Positions 36,820-46,850 of a stretch of 64,000 nt of DNA are shown here, piece after piece. This DNA is from Myxococcales bacterium (GTDB lineage Bacteria > Myxococcota > Myxococcia > Myxococcales > Myxococcaceae). A model generated the notes under the pieces. It made no database searches. It was not told the DNA's origin and saw only the letters and a program-made list of their open reading frames with translations. The stretch covers positions 38,984 through 102,983 of the forward strand of contig JAUXZV010000023.1 of assembly GCA_030693825.1 (NCBI GenBank). Reading direction: 5' to 3'. The position numbers and the translations under genes were made by a program. Position 1 is the stretch's first letter, and every line of letters begins with the position of its first letter.

Positions 36820-37968
36820 TCAGAAGTCCCACGACAGCGCGCCGCCAGCGCCCGTCGGGAGCAGCCACGCCGTCGCCTTCGGCCCGCGGTACGACTGGTA
36901 CTTGTTCGGGTCCTCGCCGATGAGGAAGAGCACGGTCGCGGTGATGGCGCCTGCGAGCCCGAGCCCACCAGCGACGTACGAGATGGCGAGCTGGCTGTTG
37001 ATCGTGTTCCGCAGGTCCTCGGCCTTCTTGCGCACCTCGGCGTTCTCACCATCTGCAACCAGAGACTCGCGGAGCTTCAGGAACGTCTCCGTGGAGTCGC
37101 TGCGGCCGGTGCCGTACGACGCCTGCGCCTGCCCCTGCATGATGCCGAACGTGGCGATGCCGGCGACCGCGACGCCTACCGCGATGAAGGCGCCGATGCG
37201 CAGGCCCCACTGCTTCTTCTCGTAGCCCTCGATGAAGTCGGGGCTGGGCATCAAGCGCACGGCCTCTTCCGTCACCTGATCTGGCGCGACCCGCACCTGC
37301 TTCTGCACCGAGGTGAAGCCCTCCTTCTCGATGCGCAAGACGTGGGGCCCGCCGGGCACCTGCAGGCGCTGCGTCATCGGCGTGGTGCCCAGCTGCGTGC
37401 CATCGATCTTCACCACCGAGCCGTCCTCCGACGCGATGACGACGATGAAGCCCTGACGGCCGGTGAGGAGCGGCGCGATGAGCGCGGCGACGTTCTCGGT
37501 GAGCTTGCTGACGAGGTCGGCCTCGGAGGTGCCCTTCACCTCACGCGAGCTGACCCGCTTGCCCGTCTTCGTGTCGATGATGGCGAGGTCGAGCGTCAGG
37601 CCGGTGGTGGCCTTCGTCGCGTCGGTGAGGCGCGTCAGGCGGCCGTTCACCATGAAGTCGACGCCGAGCTGCTCCGCGATGTTGCTGTTGCAGGAGTCGT
37701 CGTTGCAGCCCAGCAGCTGGCGCTGGCGGTCCAGCGACAGCAGCGCGCGCACCTGGTCCGAGGTGGTGACGACGAAGAGGCCGGTGCGGTCGATCTCGGT
37801 CGCCACCGAGCCTGCCATCATCGCCGCGAGTGATTCGTTGCCGGCTGACGTCTGGAAGTCAGGCACCGCCATCTTCGGGTTGGTGTTCCCATCAGCGGCG
37901 CGAGCGACGTCGGCCATCGCGGGTGCGGCCTGGCTGAGCAGCGTGGCGAGTGTAGCGGCGAGCAGCAT
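36820..37968 (-). CDS. PEGA-domain envelope protein with C-terminal TM helix
   Basis: Signal peptide present. The PEGA-like segment is VVKIDGTQLGTTPMTQRLQVPGGPHVLRIEKEGF, and a TM helix lies near the C-terminus. Confidence 0.65.
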   Translation of the reverse strand: MLLAATLATLLSQAAPAMADVARAADGNTNPKMAVPDFQTSAGNESLAAMMAGSVATEIDRTGLFVVTTSDQVRALLSLDRQRQLLGCNDDSCNSNIAEQLGVDFMVNGRLTRLTDATKATTGLTLDLAIIDTKTGKRVSSREVKGTSEADLVSKLTENVAALIAPLLTGRQGFIVVIASEDGSVVKIDGTQLGTTPMTQRLQVPGGPHVLRIEKEGFTSVQKQVRVAPDQVTEEAVRLMPSPDFIEGYEKKQWGLRIGAFIAVGVAVAGIATFGIMQGQAQASYGTGRSDSTETFLKLRESLVADGENAEVRKKAEDLRNTINSQLAISYVAGGLGLAGAITATVLFLIGEDPNKYQSYRGPKATAWLLPTGAGGALSWDF

Positions 37969-38227
37969 CGGTCAACCCCCAGTGATGAAGCGCGGAAGCC
38001 TAGTCGAATGCAGCCCCAAGGCACTTCAGATCAGTGCGCACAGAACAGGGGCCCCGGCCTTCCTGAACGCAACCCTTGCGCAGATCCGCTGAGTCGATGC
38101 AGCGCGCAGCGGTCGGCGCGTGGCGTGCAATGCCCTCGAGCGTGCGCTCCATCGCCGACATTCTCGACGCGCACCGGGGGGATGCCACGCGGTCGCAGCG
38201 TGTCGGCGCGATGAGAAGGGACGGTCC

Positions 38228-38680
38228 ATGAAGTCACGCATGCTCGTCTTTGGCTGGGGCAACCCTTCACGTGGTGATGATGGCCTGGGCCCCGCGTTCG
38301 TGGGCGAGGCCACCAGGAAGCCTGGCGTCGAGCTGCTCGTCGACTACCAGCTGCAGCCGGAGCACGCGCTGGACCTCGTGGGCCGCGAAGAGGTGCTCTT
38401 CGTCGACGCCAGCACGTCGACGCCAGAGCCCTTCGAGGTGTTCGACGTCACGCCCGGGCCGAAGGTGACGTTCACCACGCATCACCTGTCGCCGGGGGCG
38501 CTCCTGGCCGTCTTCGAGCGCATCACCGGCAAGGCTGCACCTCACGCGAGGGTCCTGGCGATTCGAGGGTGGGCGTTCGGCCTGGGAGAAGTGCTGAGCG
38601 AGCGGGGGCGCATCAACCTCGAGGCCGCCCTGGCCTGGTGGGACGCCGAGCACCGGGACTTTGCGGCGCAGTTGCGGTGA
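38228..38680 (+). CDS. Hydrogenase maturation protease family (HyaD/HybD-like) protein; no hydrogenase gene in window
   Basis: 150 aa. MLVFGWGNPSRGDDGLG parallels the HybD N-terminus ILVLGVGNxLxxDExIG. The conserved Asp in LFVDAS and the His in TTHHLSPG are present. Confidence 0.7.
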   Translation: MKSRMLVFGWGNPSRGDDGLGPAFVGEATRKPGVELLVDYQLQPEHALDLVGREEVLFVDASTSTPEPFEVFDVTPGPKVTFTTHHLSPGALLAVFERITGKAAPHARVLAIRGWAFGLGEVLSERGRINLEAALAWWDAEHRDFAAQLR

Positions 38681-38685
38681 CGGCG

Positions 38686-39507
38686 CTACCGGCGACGCGC
38701 GCGCGCGAACGGCAGCGTCACCACGAAACACAGCGCGAGCAGCAGCACGATGGCGGCGCCCGATGGCGCGTTGAGGCGCGTCGAGACCAGCACGCCGCCG
38801 ACGCCGCTCACCGTCGCGACGACGACGCTGGCCCACGTCAGGCCGGCCACGCTGCGCGCCACGTTTCGTCCGGCTGCCGCGGGCACGAGCAACATCGCCT
38901 CGACCATCAACGCGCCCAGCACCTTCACCGACGCGACGATGACGAGGGTGAGCAGGGCGACGAGGCCGTACTCCAGCGCCGCGGAAGGGAGGCGTCGCGC
39001 GGCAGCCGTTCGGGCGTCGAGCGCGTCGATGAGCAGCGCGTTGTGCCATCTCGCCAGCACCGCCAGCACCACCGCGAGCGTGACGCCGAGGACGATGAGG
39101 TCGACCCGGTTCACCGTCAGCACCGAGCCGAACATCACCGCTTCGAGTTGGTGCACGTTGAAGCGCTTCGTCACCACGACGAGCAGCAGCACGCCGAGCC
39201 CGAGCGTGAAGGCGAGCAGGACGCCGACCAGCGTGTCGGAGGGGAGTGACGAACGCCGCCGGACGAAGACGAGCCCGACGCCACACAGCAGCGAGAAGCC
39301 GAGCACGCTGGCCCACGGCGCGTCGACCGGCTCGCCGAGCAGCACTCCCAGCGAGACGCCAGTCAGCACGGCCTGCCCGAGCGCGGCGGAGAAGAAGGCG
39401 AGTCGCCTCGTCAAGACCAGCGGGGACAACAGCCCGAGCATCGGCGCGGCCAGCACCACCGCCAGGAGCGCGCGCTGCACGAAGTCGAGCGAGAGCGCCT
39501 GCGTCAT
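38686..39507 (-). CDS. Metal (Zn/Mn) ABC transporter permease (ABC-3 family)
   Basis: 273 aa polytopic membrane protein of the ZnuB/MntB type. It is co-operonic with the ATPase and SBP genes. Confidence 0.85.
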   Translation of the reverse strand: MTQALSLDFVQRALLAVVLAAPMLGLLSPLVLTRRLAFFSAALGQAVLTGVSLGVLLGEPVDAPWASVLGFSLLCGVGLVFVRRRSSLPSDTLVGVLLAFTLGLGVLLLVVVTKRFNVHQLEAVMFGSVLTVNRVDLIVLGVTLAVVLAVLARWHNALLIDALDARTAAARRLPSAALEYGLVALLTLVIVASVKVLGALMVEAMLLVPAAAGRNVARSVAGLTWASVVVATVSGVGGVLVSTRLNAPSGAAIVLLLALCFVVTLPFARARRR

Positions 39508-40118
39508 TCAGGGCTCCCGGTGACCGTGGTGGTGTGGGTGGCGAGCGCGCCCACGGCGTCGAGGTCGTGCGAGATGAACAGCGTCGCGAGCCCGGTGTCC
39601 CGAGCGTCCTTCAGCGCGGTGAGCAGCCGCGCGCGTGAGGCTGTGTCGAGGCCAGCTTCCGGTTCGTCGAGCAACAGCAGCGTGGGCTTCGTCGAGAGCG
39701 CGTCGGCCAGCAGCACGCGTCGCAGCTCCCCTCCCGACAGCTCCGACAGCAACGCGCCGAGCAGCGCGGAGCAGCCCGTCAGCTCCAGCGCCTGCTCGAC
39801 GGCCCGCCGCGTCTCTCGAGGCACGCCGAGCCAGGAAGGCCGTGACGTGCGCGAGGCCGCGAGGAACTCGAGCACCGTGACGGGTGTCGCCGCGAGGCCC
39901 TCGAAGCGTTGCGGCACGATGGCGAGCGTCTCGTTCGCAGCGAGCTCCAGCGTGCCTGAGAAGGGCACCAGGCCCAGCACACAGTCGAGGAAGGTCGACT
40001 TCCCGCAACCGTTGGGGCCGACCAGCGCGTGCACCTCGCCGCGCGCCAGCTCGAGGGAGAGTGGGCGCAACCGGCCCGGCACCGCGACGTCCTTCGCGAC
40101 GAGCACCCGCTCACTCAT
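39504..40118 (-). CDS. Metal ABC transporter ATP-binding protein
   Basis: 204 aa from MSERVL. Walker A GPNGCGKST, LSGGELRR and LLLLDEPEAGLD are present. It has 4-bp overlaps with both neighbours. Confidence 0.85.
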   Translation of the reverse strand: MSERVLVAKDVAVPGRLRPLSLELARGEVHALVGPNGCGKSTFLDCVLGLVPFSGTLELAANETLAIVPQRFEGLAATPVTVLEFLAASRTSRPSWLGVPRETRRAVEQALELTGCSALLGALLSELSGGELRRVLLADALSTKPTLLLLDEPEAGLDTASRARLLTALKDARDTGLATLFISHDLDAVGALATHTTTVTGSPE

Positions 40119-40948
40119 CGCGTCATCACCTGCACGATGGCGTCGAGGTTTCGTTGCAGCTCGACTTCGAAGCGCTCGGGCGTGAAGGCTCCCGTCGCGA
40201 TGTGGCTCACCACCACCACCCGCGCGCCGGCCTCTTCGAGCACCTTCGCCATCGCCGAAGGAAACGTCTCTTCCGAGAACACGACGCTGACCTGCCGTGC
40301 CTTCAGCAGCTGCACCACGTCGCCGAGCTCCGAGGCCGAGGGGAGCAACCCATGGGCGGGCTCGACGACGCCAGCCACCTCGAGGCCCAGCTCCTGGAGC
40401 AGGTACGCGTACCCATCGTGCACGGTGATGACACGGCGTTGCTTCACGCCCGAGAGCGCTGACACCGTGTTCGCCCGCATCGCGCGCAGGCGCTTCGCGA
40501 AGGCCGCGGCGTTGCGCTCGAGCGCCGGCCGCCACTCGGGCCTCAGCTGTGCGAGCGCGCGGGCCAGCGTGTACGCCTGCAGCGCCGCGTTCCCCATCGA
40601 GAGGAACGTGTGCGAGTTCGGCGCTGCGCCTGGGTGACTCTTCAAGAGCGGCGTGCCCTCATTCAGCTTGATCCGCGTGAGCGTCTCGTTGCCGGCGGCG
40701 CGCACCATCTCGTCGAGGAAGGCGTCGTGGCCCAGGCCGTTCTCCACCAACACGTCGAGCGTCGTCAGGGTCGCGACGTCCTGCGGCCGCGGCTGGTAGC
40801 TCCCGATGTCGACGTCACCGGGCACCACGGGCACGAGCTCGACCGGCAGCCCCTCGGTCACGCGCGCCGTCCACGAGTAGTACGGGTGGAGCGTCACGCC
40901 GATCTTCATGGGCGCGGCGGCCACGATGAAGCACAGGAGCGCGCTCAT
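40115..40948 (-). CDS. Metal ABC transporter substrate-binding protein (TroA/ZnuA family)
   Basis: 277 aa from MSALLCF. The TroA-like periplasmic SBP fold motifs HPYYSW and HDGYAYLLQELGL are present. Confidence 0.8.
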   Translation of the reverse strand: MSALLCFIVAAAPMKIGVTLHPYYSWTARVTEGLPVELVPVVPGDVDIGSYQPRPQDVATLTTLDVLVENGLGHDAFLDEMVRAAGNETLTRIKLNEGTPLLKSHPGAAPNSHTFLSMGNAALQAYTLARALAQLRPEWRPALERNAAAFAKRLRAMRANTVSALSGVKQRRVITVHDGYAYLLQELGLEVAGVVEPAHGLLPSASELGDVVQLLKARQVSVVFSEETFPSAMAKVLEEAGARVVVVSHIATGAFTPERFEVELQRNLDAIVQVMTR

Positions 40949-41856
40949 GGGGTCGAGGTGCACGCGGGCAGTTGCTCGAGCGCTGCTGCGTCGTGGGCGG
41001 GAATGACGAGCACGTCGGGCCGCGCCTTCGAGATGGCGTGCAGCAGGCCGAGGCCGTCTCCGGTCTGGTCGACGTCGCTGTCGAGACGCACCAGCGGGTT
41101 CTTGTGCACCGGCGCCTCGACGCCGCGGCTCGTCCACGAGGTGTCGCCCGAGAACAACGCGGTGCGGCCGTCGGGGAGCGTCACGAGGAACGCGGTGCTC
41201 CCCGGCGTGTGCCCCGGGAGCGGGACCGCGACGATCGAGCCATCTCCAAACACGTCGAAGGAGGAAGCGAAGCCGTCTCTCGCCGGGCCGTTGAACTCGA
41301 AGGCGTACAGGCGCTCCTTCACGCGCGCGAGGTGGTGCGGCATCACGCCTTCGTCGAGGGAGCGGCTCAGCCCGCGCGCCCACTCGAGCTCGGCGCGGGC
41401 CAGCACGACGCGCGCGTTGGGGAGGTCGCCGAGCGCGCCGATGTGGTCCCAGTGCGTGTGCGTCGCCAGCGCGAGCGTGATGTCGTTCGGGTCGATCCCC
41501 GCGGTCTTCATCACCTCGACGAGCGGCTGTTTGGTGCGGGCGGGGCCCATCGCGATCGCGAACAGCTTTGGCCCGCGCGCGAGGTCGAGCGCCACGTCAC
41601 GGCCGAACGCCGGGTCGATCATCACCAGCCCCGCCGGGTGCTTCACCATCACCGACGCGATGCCGTACTGCCACGGCTCGAAGCTCCACTCGGCGACGCC
41701 TTCGACGCGCGAGCGCACCAGCCGCTCCTGCATCAGCACGCAGACCTCGACGCCTCGGCCGGTACCCGTCGACGCAGCGACGACGCTCGCCTCGGGAACA
41801 CGAATGGGCGCGGCGCACGCGAGCAGGACACACGAGAGAGCCGCGAGGTGGCGCAT
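40945..41856 (-). CDS. MBL-fold metallo-hydrolase (secreted)
   Basis: Start at MRHLAALSCVLLAC (41856). The HxHxDH motif THTHWDHIGA is present. It is the first gene of the metal-uptake operon. Confidence 0.8.
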   Translation of the reverse strand: MRHLAALSCVLLACAAPIRVPEASVVAASTGTGRGVEVCVLMQERLVRSRVEGVAEWSFEPWQYGIASVMVKHPAGLVMIDPAFGRDVALDLARGPKLFAIAMGPARTKQPLVEVMKTAGIDPNDITLALATHTHWDHIGALGDLPNARVVLARAELEWARGLSRSLDEGVMPHHLARVKERLYAFEFNGPARDGFASSFDVFGDGSIVAVPLPGHTPGSTAFLVTLPDGRTALFSGDTSWTSRGVEAPVHKNPLVRLDSDVDQTGDGLGLLHAISKARPDVLVIPAHDAAALEQLPACTSTP

Positions 41857-41969
41857 GGAGGTCGGCGTTATGCCGCAACCGCCCTGCGATGCCACCTCAG
41901 TGAAAGCGTGTGGCCCGTCGAGCGACACGGCCTCCCTGATCATCCCACCGAAGCAGACGTGAGGCGGCC

Positions 41970-43601
41970 TTGGGGTACACTGACGGGCCTGTGACTGTCC
42001 TCGAGCCCGGCACCACGTTTGCCGGCAAGTACCTGATCGACGGCGTGCTCGGCAAAGGCGGCATGGGCGCGGTGTATTCAGCGACCAACCAGTCCATCGG
42101 CCGGCGCGTCGCCATCAAGGTGCTCGTCGCAGACCTCGCCGATCGTGACGACATCAAGGCGCGCTTCTCGCTCGAGGCGCGCGCGGCGGCCGTCATCAAC
42201 CACCCCGGCATCGTCGACGTGCTCGACATGGGCGAGACGGAAGATGGAGAGCCCTTCATCGTCATGGAGCACCTCGAAGGTGCGACGCTGAAGGCCGTCT
42301 TCAAGAAGCACGGCATCTTCGCGCCGGCGCAGGCGGTGGGCGTCATTCTGCCGCTGCTCGACGCGCTGGCTGCCGCGCACCAGGCGAACGTCATTCACCG
42401 CGACATCAAGCCTGCGAACATCTTCCTGTGCACGAAGCCGCAGCGCCTCGTGAAGCTCCTCGACTTCGGCATCTCGCGTTTCGGGCAGAGCACGGGGTTG
42501 ACCCACTCGGGCACCGCGGTCGGCACGCCCAAGTACATGGCGCCAGAGCAGCTGCTCGGAGAGAAGACCCTCGGCCCCTCGGCCGACATCTACTCGGTGG
42601 GCGCGGTGCTCTACGAGCTGCTCGGTGGACGCGCGCCGTACGACGCCGACAGCGACATCGCGACGCTCGCGAAGCTCCTGAAAGAGGAGCACCAGCCGCT
42701 CATCGAGGTCCGGCCCGAGCTCCCCACGCGGCTGTGTGGCTTCGTCGACGCGCTGCTCGTGAAGGAGCCCGAGCGCCGCGCGAAGGACGCCGCGAAGGTG
42801 AAGGAGTCACTCATCGCCCTCGTGAAGGCTGGAGACCTCTCCAGCCTCTTCGACCTCGCGCAGGAGGCGGCGGTGCGAACCCAGTCGGGTGGCACGCCTC
42901 GGCCTCCATCGGGCCCCGCGCGCCTGCCCGCCACGTCTCCCGGCCGAAGGAACTCGGTCACCCGCATGCCCGCCGCGCAGGTGACGGTCGATGATGACGC
43001 GTCGCCGCGCCCGCCTCCGAAGCGGCCAGCCGCGAAGACGCCAAGGACACCGCCTCCGACCGCCCCCTCGCTCGACCCCGTCACGGAGCGGCCGCCACGT
43101 CGCTCGGGCCTCGCCGCGGCCGTCGTCATCGCGATGGTGGGCCTCATCGTCGGCGCAGGCCTCTTCCTCGTGCTCGGCATGTCAGCCGACGCTCCAGCCG
43201 CGCCCGTGGTCGTCACGCCGCCGACGAAGGCTCAGACGGTGGCGCCTCCAGAAGAGCCGGTGAACGCCATTCCGACGCCTGTCGTAGTGACGCTGACGGC
43301 CGAACCTAAGAGCGCCCGCTTCGAGGTCGACGGCGAGAAGCTCGAGGGCAACCCCGTCACGCTCACGCGGGAGAAGGGCAGCGGCGCGTCGGTGGTGACG
43401 ACCGCTCAGGGGTTCGAGCCGCGCTCGATGCAGCTCGCCTTCACCGAGCCCCGCGACGTGCGCGTGACGTTGACCCGCCTCGTCGCCGCCGTCGCGCCGA
43501 CGACCCAGGAGCCGCGGTACCCGAAGACGAGGCCACCCCCTCCGCCTGGAGGGAAGAAGGGCGGCAAGCTGACCGTCGACGAGACGAACCCGTACGAGTG
43601 A
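41970..43601 (+). CDS. Ser/Thr protein kinase with TM segment and C-terminal PEGA-like domain
   Basis: GKGGMGAVY, VAIK, HRDIKPANIFL, DFG and APE motifs are present. A Pro-rich linker leads to a TM segment and a C-terminal beta domain. Confidence 0.9.
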   Translation: MGYTDGPVTVLEPGTTFAGKYLIDGVLGKGGMGAVYSATNQSIGRRVAIKVLVADLADRDDIKARFSLEARAAAVINHPGIVDVLDMGETEDGEPFIVMEHLEGATLKAVFKKHGIFAPAQAVGVILPLLDALAAAHQANVIHRDIKPANIFLCTKPQRLVKLLDFGISRFGQSTGLTHSGTAVGTPKYMAPEQLLGEKTLGPSADIYSVGAVLYELLGGRAPYDADSDIATLAKLLKEEHQPLIEVRPELPTRLCGFVDALLVKEPERRAKDAAKVKESLIALVKAGDLSSLFDLAQEAAVRTQSGGTPRPPSGPARLPATSPGRRNSVTRMPAAQVTVDDDASPRPPPKRPAAKTPRTPPPTAPSLDPVTERPPRRSGLAAAVVIAMVGLIVGAGLFLVLGMSADAPAAPVVVTPPTKAQTVAPPEEPVNAIPTPVVVTLTAEPKSARFEVDGEKLEGNPVTLTREKGSGASVVTTAQGFEPRSMQLAFTEPRDVRVTLTRLVAAVAPTTQEPRYPKTRPPPPPGGKKGGKLTVDETNPYE

Positions 43602-43629
43602 GCGATGACTTCGGGGTAGGCTCTCGCTC

Positions 43630-44796
43630 GTGCTCCTCACCCGCTGGCTGCTCGCGCTGACGCTGCTCTCGTCGCCGCTTGCGTTCGCCCAGGGCGCCGC
43701 CGCGAAGAAAGAGGCGGCCGCGAAGAAGGCTGAGGCCGCCGACCACTACAAGAAGGGCGTCGCGCTCTTCAAAGAAGGCGACTTCGCGTCGGCCCTCGCC
43801 GAGTTCCGCGCTGCGTACCAGGCCGTGCCCGGCTTCGAGGTGCTCTACAACCTCGGCCTCACCGAGCGCCGGCTCTTCAAGTACGGCCAGGCCGTGAAGA
43901 CCCTCAACCGATACCTCGAGGAGGGCGGCAAGAAGGTGCCCGCCGATCGCCGCGAGAGCGTCGAGACCGAGCTGTCGCAGATTCGCGCGCTGACCTCGAA
44001 GATCAACGTGAAGGTCGAAGGTGCTCCCGCGAAGGTGTTCGTCGATGGTGAAGAGGTGGGCAGCTCGCCGCTCGCCGACCCGATTCTGCTGGGCCCCGGC
44101 AAGCACACCATTCGCGCCACGCGTGACGGTGAGCCCGAAGCCGAAGAGACGTTCGAGCTCGCGTCAGGCTCGACGAAGGACGTGAACCTCGTACTCAAGC
44201 CGAAGGCGGCGTCGGGGCCGGTGGAGATCACCATCGAGACCGACCCCCGCGACGCCGTGCTGATGCTCGATGGCAAGCTGGCCGGGCTCTCGCCAACGAA
44301 GGTCGAGCTGACGCCGGGCTCCCACGAGCTCATCGCCGAGCTCGATGGCTTTCAGTCGACCCGCACCGACGTGATGGTCGAGCCTGGCAAGCCGCGCACC
44401 GTGAAGCTCAAGCTCGTCGCAGGCGGCGCTGCAGCCGGTGGTGGTGGGCCGCGCGGCCGTTTCCCCGTGGTCGGGGTCGTGCTCTTCGGCGCTGGCGTCG
44501 TGGCGGGCGGCCTCGCCGTGCTCTTCGCGGTGCAGTCCACCAATGCGTCCCGGCAGGTCTCCGAGTTCTTTCGCATCGGCGGCCCGTGGGACCCGATGCG
44601 CATCGCCGTGGAGCAGGGCGGCCGTCGCGACCAGACCCTCGCGGGCGTCTTCATCGGCCTCTCCGGCGCGGCCATCGTGGGCGGTGTCATCGCCACCATC
44701 GTCAGCCTCGCGGGCCCGAGCGAAGAGTCCGAGGCGCACTTCTTCATCACCCCTTCCGTGAACGGAGCGCTGGCGACATGGTCAACCCGCTTCTGA
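43630..44796 (+). CDS. TPR plus tandem PEGA-domain protein with C-terminal TM helix
   Basis: Signal peptide, a TPR-like N-terminal region, two PEGA-like segments (VKVEGAPAKVFVDGEEVGSSP and ITIETDPRDAVLMLDGKLAGLSP), and a Gly/Ala-rich TM region. Confidence 0.7.
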   Translation: MLLTRWLLALTLLSSPLAFAQGAAAKKEAAAKKAEAADHYKKGVALFKEGDFASALAEFRAAYQAVPGFEVLYNLGLTERRLFKYGQAVKTLNRYLEEGGKKVPADRRESVETELSQIRALTSKINVKVEGAPAKVFVDGEEVGSSPLADPILLGPGKHTIRATRDGEPEAEETFELASGSTKDVNLVLKPKAASGPVEITIETDPRDAVLMLDGKLAGLSPTKVELTPGSHELIAELDGFQSTRTDVMVEPGKPRTVKLKLVAGGAAAGGGGPRGRFPVVGVVLFGAGVVAGGLAVLFAVQSTNASRQVSEFFRIGGPWDPMRIAVEQGGRRDQTLAGVFIGLSGAAIVGGVIATIVSLAGPSEESEAHFFITPSVNGALATWSTRF

Positions 44797-44830
44797 GACG
44801 GGCTCCCGGGCTCCCGGGCTGGCGTTCGGC

Positions 44831-46366
44831 GTGGCGCTGGCGTTCGGCACGGCGGCGGGCTGCTCGTTCTATTCCCCCACCATCGTCGACTGCGCCATCA
44901 CGTGTGGCGAGAGCGGCCCCTGCCCCGGAGGCACGACGTGCCGCAACGGGTTCTGCCGCCTCGAGTCGTCGATGGGCGACTGCGCGTGCAAGCTGGGCGA
45001 CACGCGCGAGTGTGGTGGTGGACGCGGCGAGTGCAAGAAGGGCACGGAGGTCTGCACCTCGGAGCGTGTGTGGAGCGGCGTCTGCGTCAACGAGGGCCGC
45101 CCCTCGGTCGAGGTCTGCAACAACAAGGACGACGACTGCGATGGGCTGGTCGACGATGAGGTGACGGACACCCAGGCGTGCACGCTCACGCTGGGCGTCT
45201 GCGCCGGCAGGAAGAACCGCTGTGAGTCCGGTGAGCAGTTGGTGTGCGACGCCTCCGACTACGGGTCTGCGTACCAGGTCGCCGAGGCGCGCTGCGATTC
45301 GCTCGACAACGACTGTGACGGCTTCACCGACGTCCGCGCGCTCTCGGTGTTGACCAACGAAGCCTCGACGACGGCGCCGTTCCAGCTGCTCGCGATGCCG
45401 CAGGGCTTCTCGCTGGTCTTCGAGCGCCGACCCACGGCGGGCACGCCCGAGCTCATCGTCGCCCGGTACGACGAGGCCTTCGTCTTTCAACGCAGCCACG
45501 TCGTCGCGCGGCCTCCGCCGGCGCAGTTCCAGGCGCGCTCGCTCGGTGAGTCCGTCTTCGTCGCGACGACGACCGATGGTGGCGTCGGCCTCACGCGGGT
45601 GAACACGCTGCTGGCTGGTGACGCGGGCCTCGAGGGCTTCGAGACGCTGGTCGACGCGGGCTTCTGGGGCGGTCTGCGCCTCGGCGTGGGCGAGCAGGCC
45701 GTCAGCACCTTCCTCGCGGACACGAACGGCAACCGGGCGCGCCTGCTGATCTGGGAGTTCGATGGTGGGCTCTCGCAGATTCGCGACGTGAACGTGGGGC
45801 CCGGCGTTCCGCCGAACGTCACGCTCAACTCGGTCAACCTGAGCGACCGTGGCCACTTCATCATCTACAGCGCCGACGACGCGGACGGCGACACGGTGAG
45901 GCAGCTCATTCGGCTCGGTGACGGCGGCGTGTGGAGCCCGCCGTACTACGGAGGCCTCGACGCCGAGCTCCACGAGTGGGACGCGGGCGTGTCGGCGACC
46001 TACGCGTACTCCGACACCAACTCGTCGCTCTCAGGGGTGTACTTTCTTCCCGACCTGACGCGCGGGCTTCCCGAGGTGGCGGCGGCCGCGTCGTTCCTCG
46101 CCCAGCAGTGGGGCGCCGCGTCGGCGTTCCGCACGCAGTCGGGCGACCTGAACGTCGCGATGCAGGAGCGCGTGCCCGGCGGTGGGCAGCAGATCGTCGT
46201 GGGCACGTCGGTGCCAGTCGGTGACACCTTCAGCTTCCGGCTGAGAAATCTCGACGGCGGCGCAGGCGTGCCGGCGGTGGTGGCCTCGTCGGTGGAGCCC
46301 GGGTGGCTGTTCGTCGGCTGGCGCGACATGGCCTCGATTCGGGTGCGGAAGGTCTGCGCGCCCTGA
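44831..46366 (+). CDS. Cysteine-rich (putative metal-binding motif) secreted protein
   Basis: GTG start, 511 aa. The N-terminal ~160 aa contain CxxC and DxDxDGxxD-type repeats (CNNKDDDCDGLVDDE, CDSLDNDCDGFTD). The rest is non-repetitive. Confidence 0.55.
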   Translation: MALAFGTAAGCSFYSPTIVDCAITCGESGPCPGGTTCRNGFCRLESSMGDCACKLGDTRECGGGRGECKKGTEVCTSERVWSGVCVNEGRPSVEVCNNKDDDCDGLVDDEVTDTQACTLTLGVCAGRKNRCESGEQLVCDASDYGSAYQVAEARCDSLDNDCDGFTDVRALSVLTNEASTTAPFQLLAMPQGFSLVFERRPTAGTPELIVARYDEAFVFQRSHVVARPPPAQFQARSLGESVFVATTTDGGVGLTRVNTLLAGDAGLEGFETLVDAGFWGGLRLGVGEQAVSTFLADTNGNRARLLIWEFDGGLSQIRDVNVGPGVPPNVTLNSVNLSDRGHFIIYSADDADGDTVRQLIRLGDGGVWSPPYYGGLDAELHEWDAGVSATYAYSDTNSSLSGVYFLPDLTRGLPEVAAAASFLAQQWGAASAFRTQSGDLNVAMQERVPGGGQQIVVGTSVPVGDTFSFRLRNLDGGAGVPAVVASSVEPGWLFVGWRDMASIRVRKVCAP

Positions 46367-46444
46367 AGCGGTGGTGGGACGGACGCGGAGTGCGCTCCGA
46401 CGAGTCACCGCGCTCGATGCGCGGGTCGGGCTCCAACGAGCCGC

Positions 46445-46492
46445 AACGAGTGTCATGACTCGGGCGGTTTTCGGCGCGCGCTGTCACGACAG
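46445..46492 (+). repeat. Copy A of a ~48-bp conserved non-coding element (AACGaGTGTCAcGA-T-GGGCGGTTTcCGc...GTGaCG)
   Basis: aacgagtgtcatgactcgggcggttttcggcgcgcgctgtcacgacag. It aligns without gaps to copies B, C and D. Confidence 0.8.
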
Positions 46493-46654
46493 CGAGGCCC
46501 AGACGCGCCTCCGGCCCTGACGAAGGAGAAGCCCGGTTCTGCTGTGGAGAGGCGTCGTGCGCGAGCGGACGCCATCGTCGCGGGAGAACGCCTCGGGGTG
46601 TGGCACCAGGCGCCCCGGAGCGAACAGCCGGCGAGGAACACCGTCGTGGAGCCG

Positions 46655-46702
46655 GAACGAGTGTCACGATTGGGGCGGATTCCGCACGGGCCGTGACGGA
46701 CG
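46655..46702 (+). repeat. Copy B of the ~48-bp conserved element
   Basis: aacgagtgtcacgattggggcggattccgcacgggccgtgacggacgg. It lies 210 bp from copy A in a 484-bp convergent intergenic region. Confidence 0.8.
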
Positions 46703-46850
46703 GCGAGCGCGCTTCGACGAGCCACTCACTCGCCCACCGAGGACATCCGCTGAGAGGTTCTGCGCTCCTGTCGTGTCCGGCGCGGTTTCAACCCCCGTGA
46801 CGGATTGCGTGCCTCTTCGGCTCGCGAACGGAACGCATGTCGCGACGGCG

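Noticed and set aside
38267-39316. 349-aa minus-strand ORF overlapping the hydrogenase-protease and metal-permease region
   Set aside because: Arg-rich antisense artefact. The permease (38686-39507, -) and protease (38228-38680, +) each have clear family motifs.
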